From: a virus
Strand: one strand, 5' to 3'
Virus record (IMG/VR): IMGVR_UViG_3300009001_000006
Coordinates: 32,001 to 96,000 of that record
Length of the DNA stretch: 64,000 nt
The notes beneath the pieces were generated by a model. That model was not told the origin of the DNA. It did not search any database and was given only the letters and a program-made list of their open reading frames with translations. This document shows, one piece after another, positions 19,943-30,403 of the stretch. The translations under genes were made by a program, and so were the position numbers. Within the stretch, counting starts at the first letter, position 1. Every line of letters starts with the position of its first letter.

Positions 19943-21565
19943 ATGCCCTCTAAAAATAAAAAACTTAAAATCTTATTTTGTACAGAGTCTGGGCATGTAC
20001 ACTCGGGCTACGGTAATTATACCAGATCTCTGTTAAATCGACTCTATAATAGAAACAAATATCATATTGCAGAATTCTCATGTTATAGAAGTTGTGATAT
20101 ACCTAAAACAGAACCGTGGAAGGTTTATCCAAATGCAGTTGTTAAAAATGACGATAGGTATGAATCATATATTGCTAATACCACAAATCAATTTGGGCAA
20201 TGGCGTTTTGATGTTGTATTAGCAGATTTTAAGCCTGATGTTGTTGTAGACTTTAGAGATATCTTCATGTCGTTGTATCAGGGAACATCGGTATTTCGTA
20301 ATAAATTTCATTGGGTTTTAGCCCCAACAATCGATTCCATACCATTAAAACAAGAATGGTTATCTGCGCTCAGAAACTGCAACACATTATTAACACACAC
20401 AGATTGGGCCAAAAACGAACTAAACAATATGTACGATTTAGATGTTCGTGGGGTGGTCAAAGATTCTGTAGATACTGATATTTTTAAGCCAGAGAAACAA
20501 ATTTCTGCTAGAAAAAAAACAAACATACCTCTAGATGCTTTTGTTGTTGGTAGTGTAATGAGAAACCAAAAAAGGAAACTAATACCGAATATTTTAAAAA
20601 TTACACAAAAGCTAAAACATAAAAACCCAAATAAAAAAATATATTTGTATTTACATACCAGCTATCCAGAAGGGCAGGGATGGGATATACCAAGCCTATT
20701 ATTAAAATATGGTGTGCAATCTAATATTCTATTCTCTTATAAATGCAAGCATTGTCAGTCTTGGACACCCATGACATGGCATGGCGAGGTTTGTATATGT
20801 CCAAAATGCAATCAGAAAAAATTATCTATTTGTAATGTAAATAATGGATTATCTGACGATCAACTATCTGATATATATAATTCAATGGATATATATTTAC
20901 AGTATTCTATATGCGAGGGTTTTGGGATACCACCACTAGAAGCTGCTTCTTGTGGCGTTCCGTTTATTTCTGTCAAGCACGGAGCTATGCTGGACTTAGT
21001 TAAAAGTCTGGGTGGCTATGGTGTTGATATTAAAAACGAATTCACAGAACAAGAGAGTGGAGCAGATAGAGTATATCCAGACGACGACCACTGCGTATCG
21101 CTAATTACTCAACACATGAATTTAGATATAGTGGACATGCTGTCTATGAAAAAAAATATTAGAAATAAGGTTTTGGAACAGCACTCATGGGACAAAACAT
21201 GCACTAATTTTGAAAACATATTTGATAAAATCAAACCCAAAAAACATCAATGGATACCAATTCCTAAAGAACATTTCGAACAAATCAACACTAGTTTAGA
21301 TGACCATCAATCAAACAGAGATTTTGTTTATAGTATGATAAATTCTATCCTAGAAGAGCCAACATTAAAAAAAGAATTTTTTGTACAACAGGTTGTCAAA
21401 GCTTTGGATAGTGGCTATATTATGAATGAGAAGGATGTGGTTGGTTTCAGCAGAAAAGATGCCGTAGATATACTCCAGATGTGGTTTAATAATAAAGTCA
21501 ATCTAAACAGATTACTAGAAGATACATCTATACTAACTAATAAAGATTTCTTAGAGTACAAATGA
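19943..21565 (+). CDS. GT-B (GT4-like) glycosyltransferase with zinc-finger insert
   Basis: SGYG, RNQKRK, IYNSMD, EGFGIPPLEAASCGVP; CKHC...CPKC insert. Confidence 0.85.
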   Translation: MPSKNKKLKILFCTESGHVHSGYGNYTRSLLNRLYNRNKYHIAEFSCYRSCDIPKTEPWKVYPNAVVKNDDRYESYIANTTNQFGQWRFDVVLADFKPDVVVDFRDIFMSLYQGTSVFRNKFHWVLAPTIDSIPLKQEWLSALRNCNTLLTHTDWAKNELNNMYDLDVRGVVKDSVDTDIFKPEKQISARKKTNIPLDAFVVGSVMRNQKRKLIPNILKITQKLKHKNPNKKIYLYLHTSYPEGQGWDIPSLLLKYGVQSNILFSYKCKHCQSWTPMTWHGEVCICPKCNQKKLSICNVNNGLSDDQLSDIYNSMDIYLQYSICEGFGIPPLEAASCGVPFISVKHGAMLDLVKSLGGYGVDIKNEFTEQESGADRVYPDDDHCVSLITQHMNLDIVDMLSMKKNIRNKVLEQHSWDKTCTNFENIFDKIKPKKHQWIPIPKEHFEQINTSLDDHQSNRDFVYSMINSILEEPTLKKEFFVQQVVKALDSGYIMNEKDVVGFSRKDAVDILQMWFNNKVNLNRLLEDTSILTNKDFLEYK

Positions 21566-22668
21566 AAAATATTCTATATATAGGACCATACAGAGAAAAT
21601 ACTGGTCTTGGTAGATCAGCTAGAAGATATGTCGATGCTTTAGGTTATAATCTAGATATTAATTTATCTATAAGGCCGATATATTTTACCCCATATCTAG
21701 ATCATGGTAATGAGGCCGGAAAAGACTATAACGAATTTGAAGAAAATAGTAGTGCTTCCTATGATATGGTAATACAACATGGCTACCCAAATTGTTTCGA
21801 ATATAGGTATGATTTTGGTGAAAATATAGGAATAGCAGAAGTAGATACATATGGTATAGGGCATACGGGATGGATTGAGCGCATGAATATGATGGATCGC
21901 ATCATAACTCCATCTAATTGGTCTAAATCCTCTATAATGGACGCAGGCTGTAACACACCGGTGCAAGTACTACCAGAACCATTTGATCTTACTAAATTTG
22001 ATCAAGATTATGAGCCTATGTTTAGCGATAAGAATAATGATTTTATTTTTTATTATATCGCAAAACATCAGGACAAAAATAATATCAAAGCATTGCTCGC
22101 GGCCTTTTTATTAGAGTTTCGCAAACACGACGATGTTAAATTAGTGATAAAAACAGATATTAATGGTTTCGATAATCAAGAGTCTGAACATATTGTGGCT
22201 TACGATATACAACAGGTAGAGAGAGCCCTTAGAATTAATGGAAAAAATATACAAGTTCCTAAGGTCATCATTGGTTATTACGAGCAAGAGTATATGTTGA
22301 GATTACATAACCAATGCGACTGCTATGTGGATGTGTGCAGAGCTGAAGCTTTTGGTGCTTCATCAATTGAATCTATGCTTTTTGGTAATGCTACTATTGT
22401 CAATAAAGATACTGGTCCAAATACTTATATCAATAATAAAAACGGGTGGGAAATAGACAGTATTCTAACCAATGTATATAGCAAAGACTTTTATATGGAA
22501 AATACATTTACCATATATGAAAAATGGAAAGAGCCATTTCTAGACTCCATCAGAACAAATATGAGATCGGCTTATGAGTCAACACAACAAGAAAGAAAGA
22601 ACAAAATAAACAATTTTAATAAACAAATTTTTTCAGAGGAGTCTTTCACTAAGGCTTTATTTCAATGA
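21562..22668 (+). CDS. GT-B (GT4-like) glycosyltransferase
   Basis: GPY..TGLG, ITPSNW, LHNQCDCYV, RAEAFGASSIESMLFG. Confidence 0.8.
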   Translation: MKNILYIGPYRENTGLGRSARRYVDALGYNLDINLSIRPIYFTPYLDHGNEAGKDYNEFEENSSASYDMVIQHGYPNCFEYRYDFGENIGIAEVDTYGIGHTGWIERMNMMDRIITPSNWSKSSIMDAGCNTPVQVLPEPFDLTKFDQDYEPMFSDKNNDFIFYYIAKHQDKNNIKALLAAFLLEFRKHDDVKLVIKTDINGFDNQESEHIVAYDIQQVERALRINGKNIQVPKVIIGYYEQEYMLRLHNQCDCYVDVCRAEAFGASSIESMLFGNATIVNKDTGPNTYINNKNGWEIDSILTNVYSKDFYMENTFTIYEKWKEPFLDSIRTNMRSAYESTQQERKNKINNFNKQIFSEESFTKALFQ

Positions 22669-23123
22669 ATTCTATAACTGGTATTTTATCTAGAGAATAT
22701 ATTACTAGAAAAGATAAATTAAATATAGTTTGGACACCAGTGGACCGTTCTGTATTTAAAGAACAAATCAAAAAATTGGGACATAAATTACTATCTTTTG
22801 ATCATTTGTATTTTGGTAAAGATTCCCCACAACTAATTATATGTAATAATAAGGTTTTGTTCTATGAAAAATGTAAAAATATAGCCATTCAATTCCATAT
22901 ACCAATACTAGTAATAGACCATGATCTAAAACCCAAAAATATTAATGATAAAGAAAAATACGAATTACCAGCAATGTATAAAATTGCATTAAGCGAAAAA
23001 ATTGCACAATCATGGAATGAACCCTATCATAAAATACTTGAACCCGACCAAGTGAATAACACAGAATTATGGATTGACATCATATTTAAAACCTCAAAGA
23101 AACTTTTCCAATATTATGAGTAA
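22665..23123 (+). CDS. Hypothetical protein (possibly degenerate GT domain)
   Basis: Overlapping start/stop with GT cluster genes. Confidence 0.55.
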   Translation: MNSITGILSREYITRKDKLNIVWTPVDRSVFKEQIKKLGHKLLSFDHLYFGKDSPQLIICNNKVLFYEKCKNIAIQFHIPILVIDHDLKPKNINDKEKYELPAMYKIALSEKIAQSWNEPYHKILEPDQVNNTELWIDIIFKTSKKLFQYYE

Positions 23124-23538
23124 ATCAGTTTTTTTTCACGTTACAGAACAAGAGCTAAGACCTTCAGAAAGCTCTTATGAAAATATATTAAAAATTAATG
23201 AATATAAAGATAATTCATTAGAATCTATAATTTTACAAGACACCTGTGATTATCTTATAAGAGAAGATGTGCCTGTTTTAATCAAAAAGATATGCGGGAA
23301 ATTAATATCTGGCGGTAAACTATATATTCAAGGATCAGACTTCAAGCAGTTGTGTGTGGCTGTTACATTTGATATGATGCCGGAAACAACCATAATGAAG
23401 GTATTATATCCCGATAAAAAATCTATTCATAATATGGGCGAAATACTAAAATATTTAAAAGACAACGATATGAGTATAGTATTAAAAAAATATATTAATA
23501 TCTTTGAATATTATATAGAGGCTGTGAAGGGTGAATAA
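23074..23538 (+). CDS. Methyltransferase-fold-like protein (start may be 23116)
   Basis: DNSLESII...KLISGGKLYI resembles the C-terminal half of class I SAM MTases; no clear motif I. Confidence 0.45.
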   Translation: MTSYLKPQRNFSNIMSKSVFFHVTEQELRPSESSYENILKINEYKDNSLESIILQDTCDYLIREDVPVLIKKICGKLISGGKLYIQGSDFKQLCVAVTFDMMPETTIMKVLYPDKKSIHNMGEILKYLKDNDMSIVLKKYINIFEYYIEAVKGE

Positions 23539-24205
23539 AAACACTAATTTTATATTAGTTGTTGGTAATATGGATAAAAACCATATAGCCGCACAAAAGA
23601 TATACAAAACCAAATTTCTAGACTATCAAATCAGTAGTATACTAAATACATATAATAGGTCTAAGGTTTTTGTTGTTGGTTCGTGGTCAGAAGATTTTAA
23701 GATGCAAAAAATACCTAGAGTTAAATATATTAAATATGACACCAATGATCTATCTAATATTGGACTAGCTATTAATAAATCTATAAAATATATTAGTAAC
23801 TCTTCATTAGCTATAATGAACATAGAAATGTTTTTTGATCATAAAATTTTATCAAAATTAACAATGAAAAACAATGCTATCATAGTTAATCAAAATAATA
23901 AATTCTGCTCTAAAATAGGATGTACCATAGAAAATAATAAAGTGAGTTTTATTTTTTACGAGCTAGAAAATAAAGTATGCGAATTTGTTTATATACACAA
24001 AAATAGTCTGGATAACTTCAAACAAATTATAGAGGATAAGGTTTCTAATAATATGTATCTATTTGAGATATTAAATATACTAATTGAAAATAATATACAG
24101 CTTGATCCCTGTATTACCAATGAAAATATAGTACATATATATAACAATAAAGACATAAATAAAATAAGAAAAACACTGAAAAGAATAAAAAATGTTCCTG
24201 TATAA
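23531..24205 (+). CDS. Degenerate nucleotidyltransferase/GT-A-like protein
   Basis: FLDYQI..I, VFVVG, MYLFEILN, and C-terminal IYNNKDI recall sugar-NTP transferase fold; lacks GxGxR motif. Confidence 0.4.
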   Translation: MNKNTNFILVVGNMDKNHIAAQKIYKTKFLDYQISSILNTYNRSKVFVVGSWSEDFKMQKIPRVKYIKYDTNDLSNIGLAINKSIKYISNSSLAIMNIEMFFDHKILSKLTMKNNAIIVNQNNKFCSKIGCTIENNKVSFIFYELENKVCEFVYIHKNSLDNFKQIIEDKVSNNMYLFEILNILIENNIQLDPCITNENIVHIYNNKDINKIRKTLKRIKNVPV

Positions 24206-24527
24206 AAATAATATTAATCACCAAGACTTACACCTAATTAATTTAGTTAGAGAGGTATCTGGCGAAGAATTTTGTATATTTACAGATCAATTCAATATAC
24301 ATAATAAAGAACTACCATTCTTCCATACTTTCTACCTAAACCAGCTTGTAAAAAAATATGTTTTAGTATCAAGCGACAAGGATTTAGATAATTTATTATC
24401 TATGGGATATGAAAAAGAATATATAATATTATTGAGCGATACCAACATCTATAAACACAGGCTACACATTAATATAAATCAAGAAATAGCAGATATAAAA
24501 TATCAACTACAAGAAATGGTGTCATAA
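24192..24527 (+). CDS. Hypothetical protein
   Basis: 111-aa ORF coupled to neighbours. Confidence 0.55.
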   Translation: MFLYKNNINHQDLHLINLVREVSGEEFCIFTDQFNIHNKELPFFHTFYLNQLVKKYVLVSSDKDLDNLLSMGYEKEYIILLSDTNIYKHRLHININQEIADIKYQLQEMVS

Positions 24528-25321
24528 TGATAAAAGAATATAATAAATTAAATGAACCACAAAAACAAAAATTAATACAAGAACTGTATGTTCAGGATAA
24601 TAAAAGTTTCCAAGCTATTGCTAAAGAATATAATACATATCCGAACAAAATACTTAGGGACGCTAAAAAATTTAATATACCTATCAAAAATAAATCACAA
24701 GCACAAAAGAATGCTTTAAAAAAGGGCGTTATTAAGCACCCAACAAAAGGTAGGAGTAGGACACAGGACGAGAAAAATAAAATCGGACTAGGTGTCTTAA
24801 ATACATGGTCTAAGGCTGATGAAAAAACAAAGAATAAAAAGAAAGATCAAGCTAAAAAACTATGGGACAAAAAAACAGAAGATGAGCGGAACCAAATGCT
24901 ACAAAAAGCTAATTACGCCGTAAGGGAAAGTAGCAAAAAAGGGTCCAAGATGGAGCATTTTATTTTAAATTTTTTGGTAGATAATGGTATAAAGGTAGAT
25001 TTCCATAAAGAGCAATTCTTAGTAAATACCAAATTGCAAATAGACCTGTTTTTACCTAAGATAAACGTAGCAATAGAAGTAGATGGCCCATCGCACTTTG
25101 AGTCTGTGTGGGGAGAAGAAGTACTTCAAAGAAACATAGCTTATGATGCAAAGAAAACAGGTTTGATTATTGGTAAAGGATATAAACTAATTAGGGTAAA
25201 ACAAAAAAGGGATTTCTCAAATACAAGAGCTAAAATTGTATGCGATAAAATATTGAGTGTAATTAATAATATAGAAAATAACAGCAACAAAGTTACAGAA
25301 ATAGAGGACAATAATGCCTAG
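24527..25321 (+). CDS. DUF559/Vsr-like endonuclease with N-terminal DNA-binding region (homing-endonuclease-like)
   Basis: HTH SFQAIAKEYNT, basic NUMOD-like middle, IDLFLP, IEVDGPSHF, YDAKK, LIRV. Confidence 0.7.
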   Translation: MIKEYNKLNEPQKQKLIQELYVQDNKSFQAIAKEYNTYPNKILRDAKKFNIPIKNKSQAQKNALKKGVIKHPTKGRSRTQDEKNKIGLGVLNTWSKADEKTKNKKKDQAKKLWDKKTEDERNQMLQKANYAVRESSKKGSKMEHFILNFLVDNGIKVDFHKEQFLVNTKLQIDLFLPKINVAIEVDGPSHFESVWGEEVLQRNIAYDAKKTGLIIGKGYKLIRVKQKRDFSNTRAKIVCDKILSVINNIENNSNKVTEIEDNNA

Positions 25322-26045
25322 ACCCAAAAAAACACAAACAACAGAAACACAGACAGAAGTTAAGGAACAAGGCCAACAATATACGATATGGGATATTGAA
25401 TGGACAGATTATGTGTTGTCTTTGCTCTCAGAAGATGAAAAAATTCAAGGCAATCCAACTACAGACGGTTTGAGACGGGTTTTTGAAAAAGCCTTAAACT
25501 GCGTACTAGTAGAATCAACATCTGATGTGGTGCAATCCCCCTGCCCAACCAATGAGAAAAGAGCCACTGTGGTACATTCTCTGAGCTATATTTTAAAAGA
25601 TATACCCCAAGATAGCCCATTTAATACTATCACGGTAAATGGAGCCGCAGACGTTTATTGGGGTAATTGTGACAAGGTGTTCAGGAATCATCCTGTAGCC
25701 GTAGCTGAGACTAGGGCAGAGGGTAGGGCTTTAAGAAGAGCCTTAAGGCTACGTAAAGTACTAGCTGCTGAAGAAGTAGTAGATAGTACAGAAGATGATA
25801 TTGGTGCTGATAATGTGACCAAAATTACTAATAATCAAATTAATTTTATAGACGTCATTGCCAAAAGATTAGATATAAATGTATTATCTATTATTAAAAA
25901 TCTAGGTATAAATGAAGATAATGTAAAAAACATATTGCATGAAGATGCCTTAAGGGTTATTAGAGAGTTATCTTCGTATCAACAAAAAGTAGATGATATA
26001 CCAGAAGATATTAAAGGTTACGTCAACAACTGGAGCTTATTATGA
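25314..26045 (+). CDS. Putative Rad52/Sak-like single-strand annealing protein
   Basis: AVAETRAEGRALRRAL matches the AETxAxGRA motif; C-terminal ITNNQINFI domain. Confidence 0.5.
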   Translation: MPRPKKTQTTETQTEVKEQGQQYTIWDIEWTDYVLSLLSEDEKIQGNPTTDGLRRVFEKALNCVLVESTSDVVQSPCPTNEKRATVVHSLSYILKDIPQDSPFNTITVNGAADVYWGNCDKVFRNHPVAVAETRAEGRALRRALRLRKVLAAEEVVDSTEDDIGADNVTKITNNQINFIDVIAKRLDINVLSIIKNLGINEDNVKNILHEDALRVIRELSSYQQKVDDIPEDIKGYVNNWSLL

Positions 26046-26365
26046 AAGTCAAGTATCGAGCAAATGAAAAATTGGAATTTGAGGTAGAAGGTTCTGGGCA
26101 AAAAGAGCTTTTTAAAGAACTATCTGCTATTCAGGAAATTTTTGGTGAAGAACAATGCGGTATGTGTAAGAGCCCTAATATCAAATTTGGTGTTAGAAGT
26201 GTAGAAGGTAATGATTATTTTGAAATGAAATGCTCTAAATGCGGAGCTACACTATCGTTTGGTCAGCACAAGAAGGGCGGAACTCTTTTCCCGAAAAGGA
26301 AAGATAATGAAAACAATGAATACCTACCAAATAACGGTTGGTATAAGTGGCAAGGTAAAAACTAA
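26042..26365 (+). CDS. Zinc-ribbon hypothetical protein
   Basis: CGMC...CSKCG. Confidence 0.7.
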   Translation: MKVKYRANEKLEFEVEGSGQKELFKELSAIQEIFGEEQCGMCKSPNIKFGVRSVEGNDYFEMKCSKCGATLSFGQHKKGGTLFPKRKDNENNEYLPNNGWYKWQGKN

Positions 26366-29300
26366 TTATTGATTTTCGTAAAAATTAGGCGGCGGAGTAT
26401 AGCATTCTACTATATCCTCCCACATTAAACAATCAGGGCCCTGTGTTTCAGACTTATGAACCAGGGCTTGATGCTTGCCTTCTTTATAACCTTTTAGTGT
26501 TTGTAAACACTCAAGATTACACCAGCAACTTGTTGGTGTCGGTATGGTTGGTTGAGATACGGCTGGGGTAGCTGTTGTTGTTGGACAGCAAACCTCATTA
26601 GGGTCTTTATATGCTCTGCTACTTTCTAGAACAATATATCTATTATCATCATAATAAGCATATACTGTATCACATTTACAAAGCTCTATGCCTAAATAAT
26701 CATATATTTTAATTTTTGCTTTTTCAATAGATTTTTTAACATTCTTACCATCCTTATCCCAAATATCATAATATTCATAAAAACTTACCCCACCACCATC
26801 GGGATTAATTAATTCTGCCTCAACAACACCATATTTCGCTAAATTGCCTAGTAATCTTGCTACCACAATCTTATTAGCTGGCGGAGCTACCCAAACTCCT
26901 CTTTCTCTATCCCATCGTAAATCTATCGGACCAGCAGGCCATGTTTTAGGATTTTCTAGCCAATTTTTGAGGAATTTATCTTGTAGACCTTTTCTTCTAA
27001 ATTTACCCTGCTCTGTTTCAGCTGCTGAGTCAATAGCATTAGGTATGGGCTTTCCAGAAGTATCATAACCCCAAGCCTGTAAACTTAAAGGACCTCTTAA
27101 AATATTATACCTAAAGTTTTCAGATGCTTGTCTATTTCGTTCATCTTCGTCTAAATGTGTTAATTTATAATCTTCGTCAGTACCCCAACTAATAACATTG
27201 CAAATAAATCCTTTAAAGCTATTGTTTTGTCTGCCATCCCAATTATTCAACATTGCTTCAGAGGTTACGGCATTTAAATACTGTTGATGAACCGCTAGGT
27301 CATATGTTAATTCAGAGTCTAAAAGAAAGGGTGGAATTTCGTTTCTAGGTCTAGAATTGGGTGGTTTACCGGGCGTACTGTCCTCTGGTTTTTGTCCATA
27401 CTCCATAATTCCACAATCATAATCCTGATACATAGCTAGTCGTGGTAATTGATATTCATCGTCACCTTCTTGATTGGTGCTGATGGGTGTAAATATCAAA
27501 TCCAAAGTAGAAATAGCATGTCTTTTAAAGGTATTTTTTTTAACGTGTTCCCAGGTATATCCTTTTTCAAGCTCTAATTTAGGTCTATTTTTCAAAATAT
27601 TACCGGTAGAAGCACTAGATCCACCACCTAGATCTGGTGGTGGTATATATGGCTTACATGGTCTACAACCTCTTTCGAGGCCCTTCGAACCATCATGACA
27701 ATCTGTGCCCCCACTAGCATTGGTATCTTTACTTCTCATGAAAAATGAGCCAATTAATATTAAACCTGGACTTGTTCCAGAACCTTGTGTATTACCTCCA
27801 CCATCATTTTGTGTAACTACCCCAGCAGTACCTGGTATCTGAAAACTTTGCGTAGATGCATCTTGCAGAGCCGTATCAGTGCTATTGATAAGTTTCTGTA
27901 ATTCTAAACTTTGATCCTTGAAGAATTTATTAATATAAGACATCGACTGATAGCTTTTAGACCACAAATCAGCCAATGCTCTACCAGGACTACCAAACTT
28001 TGGAGTATAAGTTTGAAAATTATAAGTAGTAGTATACCCACCTTCACCAATATTAATATTTATATCAGTAAGAGTAGCAGCATTAGTGCCGACCATATAG
28101 CCTATATTGTAAGATGGTAGGGCAGCAACAGTAACCGAGCCCTTTTCTTGTTTTTGCAATCCTCTAGGACCATCAGCAGCAATTAAATTGCCATACTGAT
28201 TCATTCTTGCATAGCCATCGTCAAAACCATTTGTAAATTTCCATGGACACAATTCTTTATTATTTTCATATATCGTTCCACCAACAGGATTGCTCACAAA
28301 ACTCCAAGGACCATAAACAAAAAGATTGCTTCTCATAGGAAGTATAAAATGATCTGGAACAACACATGGTCTATGGCTTTTTAAGACATTAAAAGCACTA
28401 GTGTTAGTAGGAGCACCATCATTTCGATCTTGGGGATCATCACAAAATATATCCTGTAAAGCCTCCATTCTTGACTGGTCAGTATTACCATCAAAAAGAG
28501 TCATCATAGCCACAGCGCCTTGGCTAATTAAATTCTGATCACATAATTTACCATCTGCTTGTAATCTTAATCTTGGTGGCCCACTAACACTCACTCTAAC
28601 ATACTGCTTGCCATCGACTTGATAAATAGCCTCTGTTGTCGATGACTTTAGGTATAATGATTGAGCCTTGGTGTAAAAAGCCTCATCGCTACAACTACTA
28701 AGTTCAACCTCCCAGGTATTATCTAATTTATTGATATTTTTTCTTTCATCTATCTTAACAAAGGGGCCTATTCGATTGTCTGATTCATGAAATAAAAGAG
28801 TTTCTGGACCTATAGTAAGTCCCAATATTTGATTTGCACCAGGATTAGGCCATCCACCAGCAGATGATGGCATATCAGAAGTGTAAAATAAACCACCAGG
28901 TTCTGCTTTTAAATTAAATGCTGGTTTATTGCCAAACTTATCTTTAATACAAATACCCGAATTCTGATCGCCAACCTGTACAAGATACTCTCTGCCATAA
29001 TATTTATCATGAATATTTTTTAACCAATTAAAAGCTTCTTGTAGTTTAGGCATAATTTCTTTACGATTATTTCGCACCAATTGATTCATATGCTCATTAA
29101 CGCTTTGAGCTGTACGATTCTCTGCGAAATTTGTTAAAAAGTCAGCAACATTATCTCTTAATTTTGCCATATCAAAACCCAAAGCACTCATAACCTTATA
29201 ACCAAAAGTAAGCTGACCAGTACCAGCTTCTCCTACATACATGCACCATGTTTGATATGAAGCTGTAGCTAATAACTCTTTTTCTGTAAGCTCGAACGAC

Positions 29301-29446
29301 GTAAAGTTATTGGCTATACCTAAAGCCTCGCATATCATCGTACAATCATAATCTGCAATAAAAACCTGCTCAGGATCAGATAGATATACATTAAATCCTT
29401 GTGCTGTTAATCTTTCTCCAAAAAACATTTTAACAGAGCATGCCAT
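26366..29446 (-). CDS. Putative tail-tip/baseplate protein
   Basis: 1026 aa, last gene of virion arm; LTDININIGEGGYTTTYNF hub-like beta motif; function by position. Confidence 0.55.
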   Translation of the reverse strand: MACSVKMFFGERLTAQGFNVYLSDPEQVFIADYDCTMICEALGIANNFTSFELTEKELLATASYQTWCMYVGEAGTGQLTFGYKVMSALGFDMAKLRDNVADFLTNFAENRTAQSVNEHMNQLVRNNRKEIMPKLQEAFNWLKNIHDKYYGREYLVQVGDQNSGICIKDKFGNKPAFNLKAEPGGLFYTSDMPSSAGGWPNPGANQILGLTIGPETLLFHESDNRIGPFVKIDERKNINKLDNTWEVELSSCSDEAFYTKAQSLYLKSSTTEAIYQVDGKQYVRVSVSGPPRLRLQADGKLCDQNLISQGAVAMMTLFDGNTDQSRMEALQDIFCDDPQDRNDGAPTNTSAFNVLKSHRPCVVPDHFILPMRSNLFVYGPWSFVSNPVGGTIYENNKELCPWKFTNGFDDGYARMNQYGNLIAADGPRGLQKQEKGSVTVAALPSYNIGYMVGTNAATLTDININIGEGGYTTTYNFQTYTPKFGSPGRALADLWSKSYQSMSYINKFFKDQSLELQKLINSTDTALQDASTQSFQIPGTAGVVTQNDGGGNTQGSGTSPGLILIGSFFMRSKDTNASGGTDCHDGSKGLERGCRPCKPYIPPPDLGGGSSASTGNILKNRPKLELEKGYTWEHVKKNTFKRHAISTLDLIFTPISTNQEGDDEYQLPRLAMYQDYDCGIMEYGQKPEDSTPGKPPNSRPRNEIPPFLLDSELTYDLAVHQQYLNAVTSEAMLNNWDGRQNNSFKGFICNVISWGTDEDYKLTHLDEDERNRQASENFRYNILRGPLSLQAWGYDTSGKPIPNAIDSAAETEQGKFRRKGLQDKFLKNWLENPKTWPAGPIDLRWDRERGVWVAPPANKIVVARLLGNLAKYGVVEAELINPDGGGVSFYEYYDIWDKDGKNVKKSIEKAKIKIYDYLGIELCKCDTVYAYYDDNRYIVLESSRAYKDPNEVCCPTTTATPAVSQPTIPTPTSCWCNLECLQTLKGYKEGKHQALVHKSETQGPDCLMWEDIVECYTPPPNFYENQ

Positions 29447-29449
29447 AAT

Positions 29450-30403
29450 TTATTGATCCTCCTGATTTAAAGAATTATCAACAGCAGGAGTGCTTTGTGT
29501 AATTTGATTTCCAACATAACCTAATCCTGTCACCACAGGATCGTCTGGCACAGGTCTTACACCAGGTGTACCCGGCCGACCTTCACAATCACCCGCCTTA
29601 TCTACATTAGTAAGATAATGTACATTTTCTCCTATTACAAATTTCTTACTAGGCTCATAAGCTGTTTCTTCACCATATCTATAATCTATAGTACCTGCAC
29701 CGCCACAAGAACCGGCAGCTATACTATTTAACAATGTTCTCAAAGCACCGCTAGGGGGTGCGATTTTTTTACTAATAGGCACAAACGTAAAGTAGCTACC
29801 AACAATTTGTACAAAAAAATCATAACCAGCTTCTTGGCATGCCTGATCAACAATATTTAAAACATTACTATGACTATCACTAATTCTAAGGTAAAATGGA
29901 CATATGGCAATAATTTGAGATAAATCCATATATAAAGTTCCGCCACAAACAGGTAATAGCACAGCCCTTTGGTTTAGTGCTTGTAAGACATAATTCATAG
30001 GAATGCCAGACTCATCCTTCAATGAATTCATAAAATCGCCACAATCAAAATTACAAATACTAGGCTCTAAAAGAGCTAAAACATTATATATATTAGGACT
30101 ATTAATAGGACAATAATAATCATCTAATACTGCGATAACATTATTCAGGCTTTGTCTGCCATCCGTAAGTCTGACGTCCCACACTAATCCGCCAGAAGAT
30201 TCCTGATATGTATGATCTGCTAATACACCGGTGAAAGAAAGCCCACCAACAGCTATGGTATATATGCAACCTAAAGACCCATTATAAGTGCCACAATCTC
30301 TTTGTTCTACTAGTTTTAAGGAAACGCTAGACTCGTTACTACCGAAACCTAAATTACATGTGATACTAGCTATTTCGCAATTAAATGCTTTAGTAGAAGC
30401 CAT
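29450..30403 (-). CDS. Putative tail-tip/hub protein
   Basis: Beta-rich (SVSLKLVE, FTGVL, VRLTDGR, CQEAGYDFFV), downstream of TMP. Confidence 0.5.
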   Translation of the reverse strand: MASTKAFNCEIASITCNLGFGSNESSVSLKLVEQRDCGTYNGSLGCIYTIAVGGLSFTGVLADHTYQESSGGLVWDVRLTDGRQSLNNVIAVLDDYYCPINSPNIYNVLALLEPSICNFDCGDFMNSLKDESGIPMNYVLQALNQRAVLLPVCGGTLYMDLSQIIAICPFYLRISDSHSNVLNIVDQACQEAGYDFFVQIVGSYFTFVPISKKIAPPSGALRTLLNSIAAGSCGGAGTIDYRYGEETAYEPSKKFVIGENVHYLTNVDKAGDCEGRPGTPGVRPVPDDPVVTGLGYVGNQITQSTPAVDNSLNQEDQ

